Positions 36,128 to 44,766 of a DNA stretch of 61,632 nucleotides are shown in pieces. The DNA is from Alphaproteobacteria bacterium (GTDB lineage Bacteria > Pseudomonadota > Alphaproteobacteria > Rs-D84): positions 1 through 61,632 of the forward strand of contig JAWPOG010000029.1 in NCBI GenBank assembly GCA_033345155.1, in the 5' to 3' direction. How positions within the stretch are numbered: the first letter of the stretch is position 1; each line of letters begins with the position of its first letter. The notes under the pieces are model-generated. The model saw nothing but the letters and a program-made list of their open reading frames with translations. It had not been told where the DNA came from and did no database searches. The translations under genes were made by a program, and so were the position numbers.

Positions 36128-37603
36128 TTATTTCATCATTGGGAACAGAACGATATCACGTGCAGTTGGCTGGTCAAAGATTATGCATGCCAATCTGTCA
36201 ACCCCCATGCCAACACCAGAAATTGGTGGGAATCCATGTTCCATTGCGCGGACAAAGTCGTTGTCTGGATTGAATGCTTCTTCGTCACCGTTGGCGATAT
36301 TTTTTGCCTGCTCTTCAAATGCAGCCAATTGTTGAATTGGGTTTACAAGTTCTGAATACCCTTTGCAGATTTCAGCACCACAGACCAATAACTGATACAT
36401 ATCAATGCGACGAACATCATCGTTATTGCGACGCGCCAACGGAACCATATATGCAGGATAATTGTACAGGAATGTCGGATTTATAATGTCACCTCGGATT
36501 TTGCGCTTGTACACATAATCAACCAATGCAGGAATGGATTTCAAATCCTCTAATTCAAACATAGGGAACATACCGTTATCAACCAATTTCTGACGCAGGA
36601 CATCAACATCGTCAAAATCCAAAATATCACAGCCAAATAATTCGTTCATTTTAGCAGTGTAATCTATCATTTCATATGACGAAAAATCCAATTTCGTACC
36701 CTGATATTCAATCTGTAAAGTACCACGACATTTCATTAACAAATCTTGGATTAAGTCCCATGTGAATTGAATATTTTTGTTATAGTCCCAGTATGCTGCA
36801 TACCATTCAACCATTGTGAATTCTTGTAAATGCGTTGCGTCCATACCTTCGTTGCGGAAATCCTTGGCCACTTCATAAACACGATCAAAACCAGCACCGA
36901 TTGCCTGCTTTAAAAATAATTCGGGCGAAATACGCAGCTGAAAATCTGTGTCCAATGCATTGTGGTGGGTCGTAAATGGACGGGCCGCTGCACCAGATGC
37001 AATATTTTGCAAAATCGGCGTTTCAATTTCCAAAAATCCATTACGGTTCATATAATCACGCCAGTATTGAGTCATCTTGAAACGTCCCAACAGCGCATTT
37101 CGTGCCTCAGGATTTGATATAATATCCAGATAGCGTTGGCGATAGCGTGTTTCCATATCTGTCAGACCATGATATTTTTCTGGCAATGGACGCAAAGCCT
37201 TGGCCAAAATTTCATAGTTTGACACACGCACAGTTAATTCACCTGCGGTCGTGTGATACAATTCGCCAGTAATGCCAACAAAATCCCCCAGGTCAACATT
37301 TGCTTTCATAAACTTATAATTTTCTTCGCCCAGTTCTTCACGCGACATAGAAAATTGAATTTCGCCGTTAATATCGTAAATACGACCAAACATTAATTTA
37401 CCCAACCAACGCAGCGCAGTTATACGTCCTGCCAATTTTACAGGTGTGCTGTCCGCCAAAGCCCGGGCCGCCTCGATAGTATGTGTACGATCAAATTTAT
37501 CCTTCCAAACAACACCATCGCGGGCACGAATATTTTCAGCCTTTTGCAGGCGCGCGGTCAATTCATTGGTTGAAATTGGTGTGTTTGTTGTGTTTTCTGA
37601 CAT
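36128..37603 (-). CDS. lysS: Lysine--tRNA ligase, class II
   Basis: RYRQRYLDII, FLEIETPILQ, FRNEGMDATHLQEFTMVEWY and GVGMGVDRL class II motifs. Confidence 0.9.
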   Translation of the reverse strand: MSENTTNTPISTNELTARLQKAENIRARDGVVWKDKFDRTHTIEAARALADSTPVKLAGRITALRWLGKLMFGRIYDINGEIQFSMSREELGEENYKFMKANVDLGDFVGITGELYHTTAGELTVRVSNYEILAKALRPLPEKYHGLTDMETRYRQRYLDIISNPEARNALLGRFKMTQYWRDYMNRNGFLEIETPILQNIASGAAARPFTTHHNALDTDFQLRISPELFLKQAIGAGFDRVYEVAKDFRNEGMDATHLQEFTMVEWYAAYWDYNKNIQFTWDLIQDLLMKCRGTLQIEYQGTKLDFSSYEMIDYTAKMNELFGCDILDFDDVDVLRQKLVDNGMFPMFELEDLKSIPALVDYVYKRKIRGDIINPTFLYNYPAYMVPLARRNNDDVRRIDMYQLLVCGAEICKGYSELVNPIQQLAAFEEQAKNIANGDEEAFNPDNDFVRAMEHGFPPISGVGMGVDRLACIIFDQPTARDIVLFPMMK

Positions 37604-37797
37604 TTTGTTTTCCTTTGTATTATGTCGAATAAAAAACGGGCACCCAAAAAGTGCGCCCGCAGTTTTGTTTCTGTTGGTCGCACTGTATCAATCAAAACGT
37701 TTAATAAACAATTTCATAATCGGTGCATCCTGAGTTTTTATTTATTAGTAAATTATATATTCGATTTATAAAAAGTAAAGCAAAAAAGACCCAGATT

Positions 37798-39522
37798 TTA
37801 TATCGTCATACGTTCCGCAATCTGCTGTTGAACATATTCGTCTTCGCTGTTGTATAATGGCCAATTTCCGTTTGCTAATTCTTCCATAGATGTAAGTGGC
37901 TGGTTCAGACGCGCACGATACAACCATAAATTAGACATCACACGTTTTATATAACTGCGTGTTTCGTATGCAGGGAAGCTTTCTATGTATAACAACGGGT
38001 CGTATGTATAGAAAGATTTTTCAAACTTGGTCATCGTGCCCATTCCAGCATTATATGCCGCCAGCATTTTTATAATGCTATTTTCTACACTTTGATGCGC
38101 CAATAAATCAACAATATACTGCTGTCCCAGGAACATATTGTGTTCTGGATTCGACATATCCATTTGAGTTATATCCAATTTGTTCGCACGCGCAACACGT
38201 TTGGCTGTACTGGGCATTAACTGCATAACACCGTTCGCACCCGCACCAGACTTTGCAGATACGCGGAAATTGCTTTCTTGTTTGGTGATTGCCAATAACA
38301 ACGCACGATCAATTGACCAGCCCCCCATTGGTTCCCAATCAGGCAACGGATACTGTGCCGAATAAATAATATCATCATCAATTTCCAAAATTCCCCTGTC
38401 CTTGATAACAGACGCAGATTGCACAGAAACGCGTGGCATACCATAGGCCGCAGCAACCGCATTTACCGCGTGCAATGTTCTGTCCGACACCTTGGGTGTG
38501 ATTAAATATTTCAAATATTCTTCTGCCCTGTCTTTGCGCCCAATTTGCAACAATGCCAATGCGATTTTTCCATATTTAGCGTTCGCCAGTTCTGCAAAAT
38601 CTTCTTCTGTGGTGTCCTGTTCGAAAAATTCATATTGTGGTGCCTGACCCAACATAGTTGCCGACAAAGCACCATAAAAAGCCATTGGGGAAGCAGCAGA
38701 AATGCGCCAATATTTTTTTGCTGCTTCACGGTCGCCTTTGTAATCTGCGGCACGCCCCGCCCAGAATGCAGCCTCGGTCTTGCGGGCATTGTTTATTTGT
38801 GGCAAATCCAAAATACGACTGAAATATTTTTGCGATTCGGCATATTTATCTTCTTTGAAATATAACAACCCCATCGCCCACAAACCGTACTCGGATTTCG
38901 CGTCTGATGCAACAAAGCCCCATTTCTTTGCCAATTCCATTTCACCATTTGTGTAATAAATAAATGACAAACGGCCCGCCAAACGACCATAGTCAGATTC
39001 CGTCAGTTTTTGCTTGAAATTTTTATCTTCTAGTATTTGACGCGCCACCTTGGTCGATCCGCTGCGAATTGCACGTTTGAATTTGTTAATCTTTTTTTCC
39101 GCACTGCCAGAATATTTCTTGGCCGTCCATGTTTCCGACTGTGCCGTTTCAATTGATTCAGAACCTGTAATAATTGTTGGAATAAACGCCTTGCGAACCG
39201 AGGCTTTTTTTATTTTTGCCAATTTCTCCATGCGGGCAGCACCCGGCATATCATAGTATTTATCCATCCAGGCCACAATTTCTTTGCCCTTGGTACGATA
39301 TGTGTCTGATATATACCGCTGATATAAAACCTCGTTCATTAATAAATCATCTGCGATTTGACTTTGCACATTGATTGCTGTATCTATTTTTTCTTTGTCT
39401 TGCAAAACAAAAACCTGTTCATATAAACTGGCATCAACAACCGTCAAAATTTGTGGCAAATCCGCCGCCAAAATATTCAGCGGAAAAATTAATCCGATAA
39501 AAATTGTAAATAATCTTTTCAT
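37798..39522 (-). CDS. Soluble lytic murein transglycosylase (Slt70-like)
   Basis: Start at MKRLFTIFIGLIFPLNILA (signal peptide). Superhelical repeat region, then the SLT catalytic domain ITKQESNFR...GVMQLMPSTA...AAYNAG. Confidence 0.8.
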   Translation of the reverse strand: MKRLFTIFIGLIFPLNILAADLPQILTVVDASLYEQVFVLQDKEKIDTAINVQSQIADDLLMNEVLYQRYISDTYRTKGKEIVAWMDKYYDMPGAARMEKLAKIKKASVRKAFIPTIITGSESIETAQSETWTAKKYSGSAEKKINKFKRAIRSGSTKVARQILEDKNFKQKLTESDYGRLAGRLSFIYYTNGEMELAKKWGFVASDAKSEYGLWAMGLLYFKEDKYAESQKYFSRILDLPQINNARKTEAAFWAGRAADYKGDREAAKKYWRISAASPMAFYGALSATMLGQAPQYEFFEQDTTEEDFAELANAKYGKIALALLQIGRKDRAEEYLKYLITPKVSDRTLHAVNAVAAAYGMPRVSVQSASVIKDRGILEIDDDIIYSAQYPLPDWEPMGGWSIDRALLLAITKQESNFRVSAKSGAGANGVMQLMPSTAKRVARANKLDITQMDMSNPEHNMFLGQQYIVDLLAHQSVENSIIKMLAAYNAGMGTMTKFEKSFYTYDPLLYIESFPAYETRSYIKRVMSNLWLYRARLNQPLTSMEELANGNWPLYNSEDEYVQQQIAERMTI

Positions 39523-39532
39523 ATTGATATTA

Positions 39533-40033
39533 TCAAAACAGTGATGTTTTTGGCAGTTTGCAAACAATCGCGTCGTCTGCATCCTCGGGTATTTGGTCGA
39601 TAATTTTCTTGAAATCTGAAACACGCGAAAACTTGCGATATACAGACGAGAACCGCACAAACGCAATCGGATCCAAATTCAACAAGGAATCAGACACCAT
39701 TTGCCCAACCTGAACACTGGTCACTGTGTCGTCAGGTGTTTCGGTTTCCAATCTGCGCTGAATTGATGCAACCAATCGTTCTATTTGCTCATCCCCGACA
39801 TCGCGATTACGACATGCCAATTTGATACTGCGACACAATTTTTCACGATCAAATGGTTCCAGTTTGCCGCTGTTTTTGCGCACAACCAAATCGCGCATTT
39901 GCACACGCTCGACCGTTGTGAATTTAGCGCCGCATTGTTCACAAACACGTCTGCGACGAATAATCGCATCCTCGATATCAGGGCGAGAATCCGTCACACG
40001 ACTTTCTGTAGAATTGCAGTATGGACATCTCAT
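39533..40033 (-). CDS. nrdR: Transcriptional repressor NrdR
   Basis: MRCPYCNSTESRVTDSR...VCEQCGAKFTTVE zinc ribbon plus an ATP-cone. Confidence 0.85.
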   Translation of the reverse strand: MRCPYCNSTESRVTDSRPDIEDAIIRRRRVCEQCGAKFTTVERVQMRDLVVRKNSGKLEPFDREKLCRSIKLACRNRDVGDEQIERLVASIQRRLETETPDDTVTSVQVGQMVSDSLLNLDPIAFVRFSSVYRKFSRVSDFKKIIDQIPEDADDAIVCKLPKTSLF

Positions 40034-40199
40034 AGTATGCATACGGTAGCAATCAAATCCATTTATGGCAAGCAATTTTATCATCCAAAAAAATGCTTTT
40101 TATAAAAAATCAAGCGCTTTATTTCAAAATACTTTTCCCGGACGAAAAAAAATTACCCGAAAATATGATAGAATGTATATCGGTACACAAGCGAGAGAG

Positions 40200-41300
40200 A
40201 TGGACAAATATATAAATAAAATTTTATTGGGCGACTGTCTGGAATTGATGCGCGACATCCCCGATGCATCGGTTGACGCAGTATTTGCAGATCCGCCATA
40301 TAATCTGCAACTGGGTGCAAAAACACTTTATCGCCCCGAAGATCAGACAGCAGCACGCGCAGTCCGTGACGAATGGGACTCTTTCGCATCACCCGCCGAA
40401 TATGACGAATTTACACGCGCATGGCTGGCCGAATGCAAACGCGTATTAAAGCCAACGGGGTCCATGTGGACAATCGGCAGTTACCATAATATCTTTCGTG
40501 TTGGTTCTGCATTACAGGATTTGGGTTTTTGGATTTTAAATGATATCGTTTGGGTAAAAACCAATCCGATGCCGAATTTCCGCGGAACACGTTTTACGAA
40601 TGCGCACGAAACACTGATATGGGCAACACCGACCAAGACCGGTAAATATACATTTAATTATGAAACCATGAAAAAGTTAAACGGTGGCAAACAGATGCGA
40701 TCTGACTGGGACATAAACATCTGCCTGGGCGAAGAAAGAATCAAAGGCACAGATGGTAAAAGCCTGCATAACACACAAAAACCATTGGATTTGTTGCGCC
40801 GTGTAATTTTAGCTTCAACCAAGCCTGGTGATATTATACTGGATCCATTTATGGGTTCTGGCACCACGGGTGCGGCGGCACGCGAATTGGGGCGTCAATT
40901 CATCGGGATTGAACGCGATGAAACATATGTAACAGCGGCACGTGAACGCATCGCAAATGTCAAACCAATAAACCTGTCTGATATAGAGGTAACCAAGCCA
41001 AAACGTGATGAAATTCGTGTTGCCTTCAAAGAACTTATCGAGGCTGGATTACTGTATGTCGGTCAAACACTGGTCAGTCCACGTGGCGAACGAGCCATGA
41101 TAACACACGACGGACAGCTAACACACCAATTATATGGTAAAGCATCCATTCATGTTATGGCCGCAAAACTGCAACGCAGTGTCAGCTTTAATGGATGGGA
41201 TTACTGGTCCGCAGAAAAACGCGACGGAGCATTAGTCGCAATTGACGACCTGAGAAAATATATTCGAAAAATCAAGTCTGACATTAAACAAGCCGCCTGA
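40200..41300 (+). CDS. ccrM: CcrM-like beta-class N6-adenine DNA methyltransferase
   Basis: VFADPPYNL (motif IV) precedes DPFMGSGTTG (motif I). The C-terminal about 80-aa extension is typical of CcrM. Alternative starts at 40173 and 40065. Confidence 0.8.
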   Translation: MDKYINKILLGDCLELMRDIPDASVDAVFADPPYNLQLGAKTLYRPEDQTAARAVRDEWDSFASPAEYDEFTRAWLAECKRVLKPTGSMWTIGSYHNIFRVGSALQDLGFWILNDIVWVKTNPMPNFRGTRFTNAHETLIWATPTKTGKYTFNYETMKKLNGGKQMRSDWDINICLGEERIKGTDGKSLHNTQKPLDLLRRVILASTKPGDIILDPFMGSGTTGAAARELGRQFIGIERDETYVTAARERIANVKPINLSDIEVTKPKRDEIRVAFKELIEAGLLYVGQTLVSPRGERAMITHDGQLTHQLYGKASIHVMAAKLQRSVSFNGWDYWSAEKRDGALVAIDDLRKYIRKIKSDIKQAA

Positions 41301-41459
41301 TTTTCCCAACATTCAAAATATCACCATTCCTGCATATATTTTTTAGGATACAATTAATACAACACAAAAAAAACACCGCGGACAAACACTTGTCCACGGT
41401 GGCTCCCTTCCTTCTGGATTACCAGAAACTGTGTACCCTTGCGCAATACCGTACAGGCA

Positions 41460-41795
41460 CTATGCTGCCATTGCGACGCCAGATGATGACACGCCGTCTG
41501 CTGCATCCATTGCCTTTTTCGCCTCGGCAAAGACCATTTCTTTGACGCGCAACGCCAATGTCTTTGTATCCATGCTTTCAGCAACTATATCAAAGTTATC
41601 AGTACGAATTTGTAATGAAACATATGCGCCAACCAACGATGCCCGTGGCAAATCTTCGATTGAACGAGGTACGTTGTTATGACCGATTTTCAATTCATCA
41701 GCCAACGAGATAATCTGTCTGTCTTCGTTAACCCATACAGTTGTAGTTAAAACCTGATTCAATGCAATCATGATTTCTTTGATATTTTTTGGCAT
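41460..41795 (-). CDS. Hypothetical 111-aa protein
   Basis: AAGGAGGGA Shine-Dalgarno before MPKNIKEI. Long hairpin terminator at 41380-41410. No motif recognised. Confidence 0.5.
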   Translation of the reverse strand: MPKNIKEIMIALNQVLTTTVWVNEDRQIISLADELKIGHNNVPRSIEDLPRASLVGAYVSLQIRTDNFDIVAESMDTKTLALRVKEMVFAEAKKAMDAADGVSSSGVAMAA

Positions 41796-42094
41796 GCGCG
41801 TTCCCTCCTTTTTGGGCATATGCTGTAAAATTACCCCCATTTTATTGTAAATACGTCAGTATTTACAAAAACCAGAAATAATTTTTGTTTGTTGTTTCGT
41901 TTTACTCCCAAAAAACCGCGGTTTTTTTGCAGTTTTTGGTCTTTTTTATTTCCGTCCCCTTGTCTATACAAACATCTTAGAACAAAAACGAATCGCAGGT
42001 CAAGCACAAAATTCATTTATTTTTATTTTATTTCATTTTTTTTATTTTTATTTGCAAAAACCATAAAACCCCATAAAAAAACACCAAAATGTCA

Positions 42095-42123
42095 TTGACA
42101 ACCATAAAACCTCGTGCTACATT
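42095..42123 (+). promoter_or_regulatory. Sigma70-like promoter for mraZ (TTGACA-17 nt-TACATT)
   Basis: -35 at 42095-42100 and -10 at 42118-42123. CCATAAAAC direct repeats flank it. Confidence 0.45.
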
Positions 42124-42178
42124 CACCTTGAAGCAAGAAAAAGAAGCCGATAAAACACAGAAAAAAGAAATTCATAAA

Positions 42179-42628
42179 ATGTCATTATTTCTCTCATCTT
42201 ATGAAAATCGTTTGGATACAAAGGGACGTGTTTCAGTTCCGGCCTCTTTTCGCGCTTCGATTGCAGACGAAAAATTTGCCGGCGTTGTGCTGTTTCGTTC
42301 TTTTACGCACAATTGCATCGAAGGATTGACCATGTCGCGCTTGGAACAAATGGCCGCAGCAACCGATAAAATGGGCGTTTTTGACAGCGAACTGGATGAT
42401 TTGACCGCAATGCTGTTTGCAGACGCGCGCCAGTTGGCGTTTGATGTCACAGGCCGCATTGTTATTCCGGCCGAATTGTTGCAACATGCCGGAATCAAAG
42501 ACACAGCGGTATTTGTAGGACGCGGAAACAGTTTCCAAATATGGAACCCAGAAGCATTTCGCGCTGCCCAGGAAAAATCGTTGGAAAACCTGCGCAAAGC
42601 GCGACCAAATTTGAAAATTGGCGAATAG
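42179..42628 (+). CDS. mraZ: Transcriptional regulator MraZ
   Basis: YENRLDTKGRVSVPASFR and TGRIVIPAELL (two SpoVT/AbrB-like halves). About 149 aa from ATG 42179. Confidence 0.8.
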   Translation: MSLFLSSYENRLDTKGRVSVPASFRASIADEKFAGVVLFRSFTHNCIEGLTMSRLEQMAAATDKMGVFDSELDDLTAMLFADARQLAFDVTGRIVIPAELLQHAGIKDTAVFVGRGNSFQIWNPEAFRAAQEKSLENLRKARPNLKIGE

Positions 42629-42657
42629 ATGCCAAAATCAGTTTCTTTATTAATCGA

Positions 42658-42684
42658 ATCCTGCCAATGGCGGGATTTTTATTT
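42658..42684 (+). terminator. Rho-independent terminator directly after mraZ
   Basis: atcctgcc-aat-ggcgggat, followed by ttttattt. Confidence 0.7.
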
Positions 42685-42694
42685 AGCAAAGCAT

Positions 42695-42723
42695 TTGATA
42701 TTTTTATTTTCATGACTTATAAT
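42695..42723 (+). promoter_or_regulatory. Consensus-like sigma70 promoter (TTGATA-17 nt-TATAAT)
   Basis: -35 at 42695-42700 and -10 at 42718-42723. It drives a structured leader of about 200 nt ahead of a small HTH ORF. Confidence 0.5.
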
Positions 42724-42933
42724 ATGTGGGTACTGGGGATTCTGGTACTGGGTTTCAAACGCCCATCAAAGCGCGTCAGGGATGACGTTAAAAGCCCTCC
42801 GACCATCTGGTTGGAGTGTGGTGAATATATTGAATAAGCCCGCTATTCGCTTTGATAGTGTTTGAACTCCAACCGCTGTTGTTTTTTCAATCGCGGTTTT
42901 TTGTTGGTCAAAACCAAGGCAAAGGGTCAATCA

Positions 42934-43119
42934 ATGCGGACAGGACAACAGATCGAGATTGCACGACAAAAACACAGCATACCAATATTTCAAATGTGTA
43001 ATATTTTGGCAATCGGCACAGAATCAGAATATCGCAAAATCATATCTGGACAGGTACAATTAACCACCTATCAGAAAATTATGTTCGTCTATGCAACCAG
43101 CACTGCGTTGGACATATAA
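42934..43119 (+). CDS. Small XRE-like HTH protein (61 aa), tentative
   Basis: MRTGQQIEIARQKHSIPIFQMCNILAIGTESEYRKIISGQVQLT fits the HTH_3 pattern. Purine-rich stretch upstream. Confidence 0.4.
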   Translation: MRTGQQIEIARQKHSIPIFQMCNILAIGTESEYRKIISGQVQLTTYQKIMFVYATSTALDI

Positions 43120-43155
43120 AAGCGCCCACCAAGTGCATAAAGTCCCCAGAACACA

Positions 43156-43347
43156 ATGGATACCGGCCTGCGCCGGTATGACGAAGTTTTTTGTTTAACG
43201 TACATTGATTAGTCTAATGTTGAAAAATATATTTACTGGATTGCCACGCAAACTTAATGTTTGCTCGCAATGACAAGGGTGTTTAAGATTCAAGAATATG
43301 AATTTGTGCGGAAGCAATGGATTCCCGCCTGCGCGGGAATGACGGCG
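43156..43347. repeat. Three REP-like hairpin elements (TGGA-stem-loop-stem-TGAC)
   Basis: The three elements:
- 43156-43186: atggATACCGGC-ctgc-GCCGGTATgacgaag
- 43237-43278: tggATTGCCACGCAAAC-ttaat-GTTTGCTCGCAATgacaagg
- 43317-43347: atggATTCCCGC-ctgc-GCGGGAATgacggcg
The stems show compensatory changes. Confidence 0.7.
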
Positions 43348-43350
43348 TAA

Positions 43351-43385
43351 AAAAAATCCCCCGATTGGGGGACAGGATTTTTTAT
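43351..43385 (-). terminator. Terminator after plsX
   Basis: aaaaaaatccccc-gatt-ggggga, with a minus-strand T-run. Confidence 0.65.
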
Positions 43386-44446
43386 TCGGTTGCCTGTATT
43401 TCGGCACGAACGGCGGTCAAGGCGCGTGCGCGCTCTTCAATCAGGCCGTTCAGGTTTGCCTTGGTCAATTCGGCGGTATAACCAATCGAATTTGCAAATG
43501 CCAATGCATCGCTGTTGCCATGGGTTTTTACCGCAAATCCGCGCAACCCCAAGAATGTTGCACCCGCATAAGAACGCGGATCAATTTTATGCTTTAACCT
43601 TTTAAACACATGTATCAGGAAAAACGCACCAATTATTGCCAAAACAGACTTCTTGAAATTTTCAACAACGACACGCTTGACCAGGCGCGCAGTTCCTTCG
43701 ACCGTTTTTAATACGATATTCCCAGTAAAACCATCGGTCACAACAACCTGGACACGACCGGCACTGATGTCATTACCTTCGACAAAGCCGATATATTCGT
43801 ATGGCAACTTATCTTTGTTTTCTGTTAAAACCTTGTTCAAATGAACCAGTGTTTCGTTACCCTTGGTTTCTTCGGAACCGATGTTCAAAACACCCAATTT
43901 TGGTTTTGGCATGTGGCCAACCACTTCGGCATAAACACTGCCCAGAACGGCAAAATCAAACAAAATTGTTTCATCACACTGAACATTTGCCCCCAAATCC
44001 AACACAACCACGCGACTGTCGCCGGCGCCAGATGGCAACATAGTTGTAATCGCAGGACGCGAAATACCGTCAATCGTCTTTAATGCCAATTTTGACAGCG
44101 ACATCAAAATACCGGTATTGCCCGCACTGATTACCGCGGCAGATTTTCCTTCGCGGACATCTTTTATCGCCATGTACATAGATGTATCCTGGGCATGGCG
44201 CAAGACATCCATAACCTTGTCCGTGGGTTTGATGACATTTGGGGCGTGCACAACCTCGCAGTTGCGGGAAACACGTGGATATTTTGCCAACAGGCGACGC
44301 AACTTCTTTTCATCACCAAACACGCGAAAGAACACCTTGCTTTCGCCATTTTGATAAAGATATTGATTCATACCGCCCAGAACGGCGTTTGGCCCTTTGT
44401 CGCCACCCATGGCATCAATCGAGATTATCTTTTTATCTTCTGACAT
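43382..44446 (-). CDS. plsX: Phosphate acyltransferase PlsX
   Basis: IDAMGGDKGP N-terminal motif, VVTDGFTGNIVLK and full-length similarity by eye. Confidence 0.9.
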   Translation of the reverse strand: MSEDKKIISIDAMGGDKGPNAVLGGMNQYLYQNGESKVFFRVFGDEKKLRRLLAKYPRVSRNCEVVHAPNVIKPTDKVMDVLRHAQDTSMYMAIKDVREGKSAAVISAGNTGILMSLSKLALKTIDGISRPAITTMLPSGAGDSRVVVLDLGANVQCDETILFDFAVLGSVYAEVVGHMPKPKLGVLNIGSEETKGNETLVHLNKVLTENKDKLPYEYIGFVEGNDISAGRVQVVVTDGFTGNIVLKTVEGTARLVKRVVVENFKKSVLAIIGAFFLIHVFKRLKHKIDPRSYAGATFLGLRGFAVKTHGNSDALAFANSIGYTAELTKANLNGLIEERARALTAVRAEIQATE

Positions 44447-44515
44447 TGTCTATAAAAAGCAGAAAAGGCATGAACACGCGCTCTGCCCTTTCTGCCAATC
44501 CATTTGTTGGTTAAA

Positions 44516-44665
44516 TTATTTTGCACCGCATGCAGGACAAACGTGATGTGGGCGTTTCTTTTCGCCACATGTTTTGCATACACCGCATGGCATTACAGAT
44601 AATGCATCATGAGAACGGCGCTGTGCGCTGCGTGCTTTACTTGTTTTACTTTTTGGCGTTGCCAT
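44516..44665 (-). CDS. rpmF: 50S ribosomal protein L32
   Basis: Not in the ORF track (49 aa). The reverse complement reads MATPKSKTSKARSAQRRSHDALSVMPCGVCKTCGEKKRPHHVCPACGAK*. Conserved position upstream of plsX. Confidence 0.8.
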   Translation of the reverse strand: MATPKSKTSKARSAQRRSHDALSVMPCGVCKTCGEKKRPHHVCPACGAK

Positions 44666-44766
44666 TTTGCTATCCTTTTATTTATAACTGTCTTATTCTA
44701 TTCAAATCGTTACGATTTGCAAGGAAAAGTTTATGTTGTCTGGGAAAACCCAGACAACAATTTTGT

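Noticed and set aside
40065-40199. Longer N-terminus for CcrM (411 aa from 40065)
   Set aside because: The extension overlaps the divergent nrdR start region, has no methyltransferase homology and would make the protein atypically long. A start at ATG 40200 (or 40173) gives a CcrM-sized product. The exact start remains uncertain.
41385-41445. SRP (4.5S) RNA-like motif on the minus strand: CUGGUAAUCCAGAAGGAAGGGAGCCA, which resembles E. coli GGUCCGGAAGGAAGCAGCCA
   Set aside because: The conserved symmetric-loop nucleotides and the GNRA tetraloop are not reproduced. The 3' strand is instead consumed by a long terminator hairpin (CACCGUGGAC...GUCCGCGGUG plus a U-run) belonging to the 111-aa gene, and the 5' and 3' halves do not pair. 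An Infernal scan with the bacterial small SRP model would settle it.
42712-42837. 41-aa hydrophobic peptide ORF (MTYNMWVLGILVLGFKRPSK...) as a type I toxin candidate
   Set aside because: Both in-frame ATGs lie within or upstream of the -10 box of the strong promoter, so they would not be on the transcript. There is no Shine-Dalgarno.
42724-42905. tmRNA (ssrA), because GGGGAUUCUGG resembles the E. coli tmRNA 5' end GGGGCUGAUUCUGG
   Set aside because: There is no T-arm/ACCA 3' end and no alanine-resume tag ORF (ANDN...-type). Nor is there the permuted two-piece arrangement expected for Alphaproteobacteria.
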